From assembly GCF_009834535.1 (NCBI RefSeq), contig NC_045697.1, forward strand, positions 120,840,001 through 120,904,000: DNA of 64,000 nucleotides, in the 5' to 3' direction. Of this stretch, positions 41,101-53,251 are shown one piece after another. Both the position numbers and the translations under genes were made by a program. The stretch comes from Camelus ferus. Lineage: Eukaryota. The notes beneath the pieces are model-generated. The model saw only the letters and a program-made list of their open reading frames with translations, had not been told where the DNA came from and searched no databases. Positions within the stretch are counted from its first letter, which is position 1, and the number at the start of each line of letters is the position of its first letter.

Positions 41101-44100
41101 TTAATATACCATACAGGAGATATTGACCCCTAAAAACATTTACTCAGGTTTCACAGCAGTTTCATAACACCAGTTTCGAAAATGAAGCTGATTTTGCAGG
41201 AAAATTCTCCTGCAGCGTGTTCTAACCTAGACACATGTAATTTACATAGACTAGATCACCGTGAATTTCCGTGATTCAAATAAGCTTCATGCATCACAGA
41301 TTCGTCTAATATTCACAACAGAGTTGTTAGCATGTTGTTTACCGATATTTCATCCACCATAAAACGCATATTGACACATAGAATCATTTTCTCATATTTC
41401 GAGTATTTTTCCTAATGCCAGTTTAGAAAATGAGGCAGATATCACAGAAAAATGCTCTTGGAGCGAGTTCTACCCAATAGAAATGTAATTTACCTTGTTT
41501 TCCTCACCGTGACATTCCATGTTCTGAACACGCAACATGCATCCCTGATTCGAAAAATATTCTTTAAGGAGTTGTGAACATGAGGATTACCAAAGTTTCA
41601 TCCACCATAAAAGGCATATTTACACCTAGAAACCATTACTCTGAGTTCGCAGTGTTTTCCAAATGCCAGTTTTGAAAGTGAGGTCGTTTTTGCAGAAAAA
41701 TGCTCTGGGAGTGAGTTCTACACAATAGATATGTTATTTAATTAGATTCGCTCACCGTGAAATTCCGTGTTCCGTGAAAGCTGCATGCATCACAGAATCG
41801 ACAAAAATTCACTACAGATTTGTTAGCATGTGGATTACTGAACTTTCATCCACCATTAAATCATATTGCACTTAGAAAATTTTTCACAGATTTCGAACTC
41901 TTTTCCTTATGCCAGTTTTGAAAATGAGGCAGATTTCACAGAAAATTACTTTTGGAGTGAGTTCTACCCAATAAATTTGTAGTTTACAAAGTTTCTTTCA
42001 CCATGATATTCCGTGTTCTGAATATGATACGTGCATCACGGATTCGACAAACATTATTTACAGATTTGTGATCATGTGGATTAGAGAACTATCATCCACC
42101 AAAGAAGGCATATTTACACCCAGAATCATTTACTCTGATTTTGCAGCTTTTTCTTAAGGCTAGTTTCGAAAATCAGGCAGCATGTGCAGAAAAAATATTT
42201 TGTGCAAGTTCTACCAAATACACATGTAATTTACAAAGTTTTTCTCACCATGTCATTCCGTGATCACAACACGCTACATGCACCAAAGTTTCGACAAACA
42301 TTATTTACTGGGTTATCAGCATGTGGATTAACGATCTTTCATCCACTATAAAATGAATATTTACACCTTGAAACATTTACTCTGATTTCTCAAATTTTTC
42401 CTAAGGACAGTTTCATAAATGAGGCAGAATGCACAGAAAAATACTCTTGTAGCAAGATCTATCTAAAAGATATATAATTTACTTAGTTTCCCACACCGTG
42501 ACATTATGTGTTCCGAACATTCTACATGCATTACAAATTCGACATGCATTCATTACGGAGATATGAGCATGTGGATAAATGGTCTTTCAATCACCATACA
42601 AGGCATATTTTCACCTAGAAATATTTACTCTGATTTCAAAGATTTTTCCCATGGACAGTTTTGAAAATGAGGCTGAATGCACAGAAAAATACCCTTGGAG
42701 TGATTTCTACACAATAGACATATATGGTACACTTTAACTCACTGTAACATTCCGTGTTCCAAACACGCTACATGCATCACGGATTCGACAAACATTAATT
42801 GCTGAGTTGTGAGCTTGTGTATTACCGAACTTTAATAAACCATACAGGACATATTGACACCTAAAATCATTTACTCATATTTCACAGCAGTTTCATAACA
42901 CCAGTTTCGAAAATGAAGCTGATTTTGCAGGAAATTTCTCCTGCAGCGTGTTCTAACCTATAGACATGTAATTTACATAGACTAGATCACCGTTATTTTC
43001 CGTGTTTCAAATAAGCTACATACATCACAGATTCATCTAATATACACAACAGAGTTGTTAGCATGTTGTTTACCGAAATTTCATTCACCATAAAACGCAT
43101 ATTGACACTTAGAATCATTTTCTGATATTTCGAGATTTTTTCCTAATGCCAGTTTAGAAAATGAGGGAGATTTCACAGAATAATGCTCTTGGAGCGAGTT
43201 CTACCCAATAGAAATGTAAATTACGTTGTTTTCCTCACCGTGACATTCCGTGTTCTGAACACGCAACATGCATCACTGATTCAACAAATATTCTTTAAGG
43301 AGTTGTGAGCATGAGGATTACCAATCTTTCATCCGCCATAAAACGCATATTTACACCTAGAAACAATTACCCTGAGTTCGCAATGATGTCCAAATGCCAG
43401 TTTTGAAAGTGAGCTCGTTTTCACAGAAAAATGCTCTTGGAGTGAGTTCTACACAATAGACATGTAATTAACATAGATTCGCTCACCGTGAAATTCCGTG
43501 TTCCGTGAAAGCTGCATGCATCACAGAATCGACAGAAATTCACTACAGATTTGTTAGCATGTGGATTACTGATCTTTCACCCACCATACAAGGCATATTT
43601 ACACCTAGAAATATTTATTCTGATTTAGTAGATTTCTCGTAATGTCCGTGTCTAAAATCATGCAGTTTTCACAGAAAACTCCTCTTGGAGCGAGGTCTAC
43701 CCAATAGACATGTAATTTACACTGTTTCCCTCAGTATAACTTTCCATGTTGTTAACACGCTACATGCATCAATGTTTTGACAAATATTCTTTAAGGAGTT
43801 GTGAGCATGAGGATTACCAAACTTTCAATCACCATACAAGGCATATTTACACCTACAAAAAATTACTTTCTGTTCAAAGCTTTTTCATAACTGCAGTTTC
43901 GAAACTGAGGCAGTTTTCACAGAAAAATTCCCTTGGAGCAACTTCTACACAAAAGACATGTAATTTACATAGATTCGCTCACCGTGAAATTCAGTGTTCC
44001 TAGAAAGCTGCATACATCATGGATTCAACAAAAATTCACTACAGATTTGTTAGCATGTGGATTACTGAACTTTCATCCACCATACAAGTCATATTGACAC

Positions 44101-47100
44101 GTAGAAGCATTTTCCCAAATTTCGTAGTATTTTCCTAATGCCAGTTTTGAAAATGAGTCAGGTTTCGAAGAAAAATGCTTTTGGAGCGAGTTCTACCCAA
44201 TACGCATGTAATTTACAAAGTTTCTATCACCGTGATATTCTGTGATTCAAACACTCTACATGGATCATGGATTCGACAAATATTCTTTAATAAGTTGTGA
44301 ACATGTGGATTAAAGATCTTTCATCCACAATACGAGGCATATATTCACCTAGAATCATTTAGTCTGATTTCTCATATTTTTCGTAAGGCCAGTTTCCAAA
44401 ATGAGGCAGAATGCCCAGAAAAATACCCTTGGAGCGGGTTCTATCCAATAGACATGTACGGTACACTTTCACTCACCATGACATTCCATGTTCTGAACAT
44501 GCTACATGCATGATGGAGTAGACCAACATTCATTACAGAGTTGTGATCATGTGGATTACAGAACTTTCATCAACCGAACAAGGCATATTTACACCTAGAG
44601 ACAATTTACGGTGATTTCGCAGGATTTACCTGTATCCAGTTTCGTAAATCGTGGCAGAATGCCAAAAAATAGATCTAGGGCCAGTTATTGAAAGTACACA
44701 TGTAATTTCCATAGATTCGTTCACCGTAAATTTCCCTATTCTGAACACGCTACATGCACCACAGATTCGACAATCATTATTTACTGGGTTATCAGCATGT
44801 GGATTAACGATCTTTCATCCACTATAAAAGGAATATTTACACCTTGAAACACTTACTCTGATTTCTCAAATTTTTTCCTAAGGCCAGTTTCGTAAATGAG
44901 GCAGAATGCACAGAAAAATCCTCTTGTAGCAATTCTATCTAAAAGATATATAATTTACTTAGTTCCCCTCACCATGACATTATGTGTTCCGAACACTCTA
45001 CATGCATTACCAATTCGACAAACATTCATTACGGAGATGTGAGCATGTGGATTAACGATCTTTCAATCACCATACAAGGCATATTTACACCTAGATATAT
45101 TTATTCTGATTTCAAAGATTTTTCCCATGGACAGTTTTGAAAATGAGGCAGAATGCGCTGAAAAATACCCTTGGATTGATTTGTACACAATAGACCTATA
45201 TGGTACACTTTCACTCACTGTAACATTCCATGTTCCGAACACGCTACATACATCACGGATTCGACAAACATTAATTGCTGAGTTGTGAGCTTGTGTGTTA
45301 CCGAACTTTAATATACCATACAGGAGATATTGACCCCTAAAAACATTTACTCAGGTTTCACAGCAGTTTCATAACACCAGTTTCGAAAATGAAGCTGATT
45401 TTGCAGGAAAATTCTCCTGCAGCGTGTTCTAACCTAGACACATGTAATTTACATAGACTAGATCACCGTGAATTTCCGTGATTCAAATAAGCTTCATGCA
45501 TCACAGATTCGTCTAATATTCACAACAGAGTTGTTAGCATGTTGTTTACCGATATTTCATCCACCATAAAACGCATATTGACACATAGAATCATTTTCTC
45601 CTATTTCGAGTATTTTTCCTAATGCCAGTTTAGAAAATGAGGCAGATATCACAGAAAAATGCTCTTGGAGCGAGTTCTACCCAATAGAAATGTAATTTAC
45701 CTTGTTTTCCTCACCGTGACATTCCATGTTCTGAACACGCAACATGCATCCCTGATTCGAAAAATATTCTTTAAGGAGTTGTGAACATGAGGATTACCAA
45801 AGTTTCATCCACCATAAAAGGCATATTTACACCTAGAAACCATTACTCTGAGTTCGCAGTGTTTTCCAAATGCCAGTTTTGAAAGTGAGGTCGTTTTTGC
45901 AGAAAAATGCTCTGGGAGTGAGTTCTACACAATAGATATGTTATTTAATTAGATTCGCTCACCGTGAAATTCCGTGTTCCGTGAAAGCTGCATGCATCAC
46001 AGAATCGACAAAAATTCACTACAGATTTGTTAGCATGTGGATTACTGAACTTTCATCCACCATTAAATCATATTGCACTTAGAAAATTTTTCACAGATTT
46101 CGAACTCTTTTCCTTATGCCAGTTTTGAAAATGAGGCAGATTTCACAGAAAATTACTTTTGGAGTGAGTTCTACCCAATAAATTTGTAGTTTACAAAGTT
46201 TCTTTCACCATGATATTCCGTGTTCTGAATATGATACGTGCATCACGGATTCGACAAACATTATTTACAGATTTGTGATCATGTGGATTAGAGAACTATC
46301 ATCCACCAAAGAAGGCATATTTACACCCAGAATCATTTACTCTGATTTTGCAGCTTTTTCTTAAGGCTAGTTTCGAAAATCAGGCAGCATGTGCAGAAAA
46401 AATATTTTGTGCAAGTTCTACCAAATACACATGTAATTTACAAAGTTTTTCTCACCATGTCATTCCGTGATCACAACACGCTACATGCACCAAAGTTTCG
46501 ACAAACATTATTTACTGGGTTATCAGCATGTGGATTAACGATCTTTCATCCACTATAAAAGGAATATTTACACCTTGAAACATTTACTCTGATTTCTCAA
46601 ATTTTTCCTAAGGACAGTTTCATAAATGAGGCAGAATGCACAGAAAAATACTCTTGTAGCAAGATCTATCTAAAAGATATATAATTTACTTAGTTTCCCA
46701 CACCGTGACATTATGTGTTCCGAACATTCTACATGCATTACAAATTCGACATGCATTCATTACGGAGATATGAGCATGTGGATAAATGGTCTTTCAATCA
46801 CCATACAAGGCATATTTTCACCTAGAAATATTTACTCTGATTTCAAAGATTTTTCCCATGGACAGTTTTGAAAATGAGGCTGAATGCACAGAAAAATACC
46901 CTTGGAGTGATTTCTACACAATAGACATATATGGTACACTTTAACTCACTGTAACATTCCGTGTTCCAAACACGCTACATGCATCACGGATTCGACAAAC
47001 ATTAATTGCTGAGTTGTGAGCTTGTGTATTACCGAACTTTAATAAACCATACAGGACATATTGACACCTAAAATCATTTACTCATATTTCACAGCAGTTT

Positions 47101-50100
47101 CATAACACCAGTTTCGAAAATGAAGCTGATTTTGCAGGAAATTTCTCCTGCAGCGTGTTCTAACCTATAGACATGTAATTTACATAGACTAGATCACCGT
47201 TATTTTCCGTGTTTCAAATAAGCTACATACATCACAGATTCATCTAATATACACAACAGAGTTGTTAGCATGTTGTTTACCGAAATTTCATTCACCATAA
47301 AACGCATATTGACACTTAGAATCATTTTCTGATATTTCGAGATTTTTTCCTAATGCCAGTTTAGAAAATGAGGGAGATTTCACAGAATAATGCTCTTGGA
47401 GCGAGTTCTACCCAATAGAAATGTAAATTACGTTGTTTTCCTCACCGTGACATTCCGTGTTCTGAACACGCAACATGCATCACTGATTCAACAAATATTC
47501 TTTAAGGAGTTGTGAGCATGAGGATTACCAATCTTTCATCCGCCATAAAACGCATATTTACACCTAGAAACAATTACCCTGAGTTCGCAATGATGTCCAA
47601 ATGCCAGTTTTGAAAGTGAGCTCGTTTTCACAGAAAAATGCTCTTGGAGTGAGTTCTACACAATAGACATGTAATTAACATAGATTCGCTCACCGTGAAA
47701 TTCCGTGTTCCGTGAAAGCTGCATGCATCACAGAATCGACAGAAATTCACTACAGATTTGTTAGCATGTGGATTACTGATCTTTCACCCACCATACAAGG
47801 CATATTTACACCTAGAAATATTTATTCTGATTTAGTAGATTTCTCGTAATGTCCGTGTCTAAAATCATGCAGTTTTCACAGAAAACTCCTCTTGGAGCGA
47901 GGTCTACCCAATAGACATGTAATTTACACTGTTTCCCTCAGTATAACTTTCCATGTTGTTAACACGCTACATGCATCAATGTTTTGACAAATATTCTTTA
48001 AGGAGTTGTGAGCATGAGGATTACCAAACTTTCAATCACCATACAAGGCATATTTACACCTACAAAAAATTACTTTCTGTTCAAAGCTTTTTCATAACTG
48101 CAGTTTCGAAACTGAGGCAGTTTTCACAGAAAAATTCCCTTGGAGCAACTTCTACACAAAAGACATGTAATTTACATAGATTCGCTCACCGTGAAATTCA
48201 GTGTTCCTAGAAAGCTGCATACATCATGGATTCAACAAAAATTCACTACAGATTTGTTAGCATGTGGATTACTGAACTTTCATCCACCATACAAGTCATA
48301 TTGACACGTAGAAGCATTTTCCCAAATTTCGTAGTATTTTCCTAATGCCAGTTTTGAAAATGAGTCAGGTTTCGAAGAAAAATGCTTTTGGAGCGAGTTC
48401 TACCCAATACGCATGTAATTTACAAAGTTTCTATCACCGTGATATTCTGTGATTCAAACACTCTACATGGATCATGGATTCGACAAATATTCTTTAATAA
48501 GTTGTGAACATGTGGATTAAAGATCTTTCATCCACAATACGAGGCATATATTCACCTAGAATCATTTAGTCTGATTTCTCATATTTTTCGTAAGGCCAGT
48601 TTCCAAAATGAGGCAGAATGCCCAGAAAAATACCCTTGGAGCGGGTTCTATCCAATAGACATGTACGGTACACTTTCACTCACCATGACATTCCATGTTC
48701 TGAACATGCTACATGCATGATGGAGTAGACCAACATTCATTACAGAGTTGTGATCATGTGGATTACAGAACTTTCATCAACCGAACAAGGCATATTTACA
48801 CCTAGAGACATTTACGGTGATTTCGCAGGTTTTCCTGTAGCCAGTTTCGTAATCGTGGCAGAATGCCAAAAAAATAGAATTGGAGCGAGTTCTACAAAAT
48901 AGACATGTAATTTAATGAGATTTCCTCACCGTGACATTCCGTGTTCCAAACCCTATACATTCATCATGGATTCGACAAATACTCATTACTGAGTTATTAG
49001 CATGTGGACAAACGATCTTTCATCCACCATACAAGGCATATAAACACCTAGAAGCATTTACTCTGATTTCTCATCTTTTTCCTAAGGCCAGTTACCAAAA
49101 TGAGGTTGAATGCACAGAGAAATGCTCTTGGTGTGAGTTCTACCAAAAAGATATTTAAAGTACATAGTTTCCATCATGATGTCTATCCATGATCTAAACA
49201 CACTACATGCATTACGAATTAGACAAATATTCCTTTCTGAGTTGTGAGCATGTGGAATTAATGATCTTTCTATCACCATACAAGGCATATTTACACCTAG
49301 AAGTATTTACTCTGATTTCACAGCTTTTTCCAATTGCCAGTTTGAAAATGAGGCAGAATGCGCAGAAAAATTCTGTCAGAGCGTGTTTTACCCAATACAC
49401 ATGTACGGTACACTTTCAATCACCGTGACATTCCATGTTCCGAACACGATACATACATCACCGATTCGACAAACATTCATTACTGAGTTGTAGCATGTGG
49501 ATTACCGAACTTTCATCCACCACCCATGCATATTTACACCTAGAAACAATTATATTGATTTCAAAGGATTTACCTAATCCAGTTTTGAAAATGAGGCAAA
49601 ATGCGCAGAATAATCCTCTAGGGCCAGTTATTGAAAGTACACATGTAATTTACATAGATTCGTTCACCGTAAATTTCCCTATTCTGAACACGCTACATGC
49701 ACCACAGATTCGACAATCATTATTTACTGGGTTATCAGCATGTGGATTAACGATCTTTCATCCACTATAAAAGGAATATTTACACCTTGAAACACTTACT
49801 CTGATTTCTCAAATTTTTCCTAAGGCCAGTTTCGTAAATGAGGCAGAATGCACAGAAAAATCCTCTTGTAGCAATTCTATCTAAAAGATATATAATTTAC
49901 TTAGTTCCCCTCACCATGACATTATGTGTTCCGAACACTCTACATGCATTACCAATTCGACAAACATTCATTACGGAGATGTGAGCATGTGGATTAACGA
50001 TCTTTCAATCACCATACAAGGCATATTTACACCTAGATATATTTATTCTGATTTCAAAGATTTTTCCCATGGACAGTTTTGAAAATGAGGCAGAATGCGC

Positions 50101-53100
50101 TGAAAAATACCCTTGGATTGATTTGTACACAATAGACCTATATGGTACACTTTCACTCACTGTAACATTCCATGTTCCGAACACGCTACATACATCACGG
50201 ATTCGACAAACATTAATTGCTGAGTTGTGAGCTTGTGTGTTACCGAACTTTAATATACCATACAGGAGATATTGACCCCTAAAAACATTTACTCAGGTTT
50301 CACAGCAGTTTCATAACACCAGTTTCGAAAATGAAGCTGATTTTGCAGGAAAATTCTCCTGCAGCGTGTTCTAACCTAGACACATGTAATTTACATAGAC
50401 TAGATCACCGTGAATTTCCGTGATTCAAATAAGCTTCATGCATCACAGATTCGTCTAATATTCACAACAGAGTTGTTAGCATGTTGTTTACCGATATTTC
50501 ATCCACCATAAAACGCATATTGACACATAGAATCATTTTCTCATATTTCGAGTATTTTTCCTAATGCCAGTTTAGAAAATGAGGCAGATATCACAGAAAA
50601 ATGCTCTTGGAGCGAGTTCTACCCAATAGAAATGTAATTTACCTTGTTTTCCTCACCGTGACATTCCATGTTCTGAACACGCAACATGCATCCCTGATTC
50701 GAAAAATATTCTTTAAGGAGTTGTGAACATGAGGATTACCAAAGTTTCATCCACCATAAAAGGCATATTTACACCTAGAAACCATTACTCTGAGTTCGCA
50801 GTGTTTTCCAAATGCCAGTTTTGAAAGTGAGGTCGTTTTTGCAGAAAAATGCTCTGGGAGTGAGTTCTACACAATAGATATGTTATTTAATTAGATTCGC
50901 TCACCGTGAAATTCCGTGTTCCGTGAAAGCTGCATGCATCACAGAATCGACAAAAATTCACTACAGATTTGTTAGCATGTGGATTACTGAACTTTCATCC
51001 ACCATTAAATCATATTGCACTTAGAAAATTTTTCACAGATTTCGAACTCTTTTCCTTATGCCAGTTTTGAAAATGAGGCAGATTTCACAGAAAATTACTT
51101 TTGGAGTGAGTTCTACCCAATAAATTTGTAGTTTACAAAGTTTCTTTCACCATGATATTCCGTGTTCTGAATATGATACGTGCATCACGGATTCGACAAA
51201 CATTATTTACAGATTTGTGATCATGTGGATTAGAGAACTATCATCCACCAAAGAAGGCATATTTACACCCAGAATCATTTACTCTGATTTTGCAGCTTTT
51301 TCTTAAGGCTAGTTTCGAAAATCAGGCAGCATGTGCAGAAAAAATATTTTGTGCAAGTTCTACCAAATACACATGTAATTTACAAAGTTTTTCTCACCAT
51401 GTCATTCCGTGATCACAACACGCTACATGCACCAAAGTTTCGACAAACATTATTTACTGGGTTATCAGCATGTGGATTAACGATCTTTCATCCACTATAA
51501 AATGAATATTTACACCTTGAAACATTTACTCTGATTTCTCAAATTTTTCCTAAGGACAGTTTCATAAATGAGGCAGAATGCACAGAAAAATACTCTTGTA
51601 GCAAGATCTATCTAAAAGATATATAATTTACTTAGTTTCCCACACCGTGACATTATGTGTTCCGAACATTCTACATGCATTACAAATTCGACATGCATTC
51701 ATTACGGAGATATGAGCATGTGGATAAATGGTCTTTCAATCACCATACAAGGCATATTTTCACCTAGAAATATTTACTCTGATTTCAAAGATTTTTCCCA
51801 TGGACAGTTTTGAAAATGAGGCTGAATGCACAGAAAAATACCCTTGGAGTGATTTCTACACAATAGACATATATGGTACACTTTAACTCACTGTAACATT
51901 CCGTGTTCCAAACACGCTACATGCATCACGGATTCGACAAACATTAATTGCTGAGTTGTGAGCTTGTGTATTACCGAACTTTAATAAACCATACAGGACA
52001 TATTGACACCTAAAATCATTTACTCATATTTCACAGCAGTTTCATAACACCAGTTTCGAAAATGAAGCTGATTTTGCAGGAAATTTCTCCTGCAGCGTGT
52101 TCTAACCTATAGACATGTAATTTACATAGACTAGATCACCGTTATTTTCCGTGTTTCAAATAAGCTACATACATCACAGATTCATCTAATATACACAACA
52201 GAGTTGTTAGCATGTTGTTTACCGAAATTTCATTCACCATAAAACGCATATTGACACTTAGAATCATTTTCTGATATTTCGAGATTTTTTCCTAATGCCA
52301 GTTTAGAAAATGAGGGAGATTTCACAGAATAATGCTCTTGGAGCGAGTTCTACCCAATAGAAATGTAAATTACGTTGTTTTCCTCACCGTGACATTCCGT
52401 GTTCTGAACACGCAACATGCATCACTGATTCAACAAATATTCTTTAAGGAGTTGTGAGCATGAGGATTACCAATCTTTCATCCGCCATAAAACGCATATT
52501 TACACCTAGAAACAATTACCCTGAGTTCGCAATGATGTCCAAATGCCAGTTTTGAAAGTGAGCTCGTTTTCACAGAAAAATGCTCTTGGAGTGAGTTCTA
52601 CACAATAGACATGTAATTAACATAGATTCGCTCACCGTGAAATTCCGTGTTCCGTGAAAGCTGCATGCATCACAGAATCGACAGAAATTCACTACAGATT
52701 TGTTAGCATGTGGATTACTGAACTTTCATCCACCATTAAATCATATTGCACTTAGAAATTTTTCACAGATTTCGAACTCTATTTCCTTATGGCCAGTTTT
52801 GAAAATGAGGCAGATTTCACAGAAAATTACTTTTGGAGTGAGTTCTACCCAATAAATTTGTCAGTTTACAAAGTTCTTTCACCATGAGTATTGCCGTGTT
52901 CTGAATATGATACGGCATCACGGATTCGACAACATTATTTACAGCTTGTGTGATCATGTGGATTAGAGAACTATCATCCACCAAATAAGGCATAGTTTAC
53001 ACCCAGAATCATTTACTCTGATTTGGCAGCTTTTCTTAAGGCTAGTTTCGAAAATCAGGCAGCATGTGCAGAAAAAATATTTTGTGCAAGTTTCTACCAA

Positions 53101-53151
53101 ATACACATGTAATTTACAAAGTTTTTCTCACCATGTCATTCCGTGATCACA
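38157..53151 (-). repeat. Sat-A satellite, HOR family 2 in reverse orientation (20-mer 4943 bp, 17-mer 4207 bp, terminal 7-mer), ~61 monomers
   Basis: Reads as the reverse complement of contig 2 (CTTTCATCCACC versus GGTGGATGAAAG). Marker a heads lie at 40611, 44818 and 49761. Pseudo-ORFs that are on the - strand in contig 2 appear here on the + strand (e.g. 40285, 49435). Confidence 0.95.
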
Positions 53152-53251
53152 NNNNNNNNNNNNNNNNNNNNNNNNNNNNNNNNNNNNNNNNNNNNNNNNN
53201 NNNNNNNNNNNNNNNNNNNNNNNNNNNNNNNNNNNNNNNNNNNNNNNNNNN
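53152..53251. other. Assembly gap (100 N)
   Basis: Exactly 100 N; separates Sat-A from Sat-B. Confidence 0.99.

Noticed and set aside
1084..53143. Short ORFs in Sat-A, including recurrent identical 111-aa and 85-aa ORFs
   Set aside because: They recur only at HOR periods, lie on both strands, are broken by indels in sister copies, resemble no protein family I recognise, and some read through N gaps.
1..53151. CRISPR array or attC-like cassette array (regular spacing, palindromic elements)
   Set aside because: The whole unit is homologous between copies; there are no unique spacers or cassettes and no cas or integrase genes.
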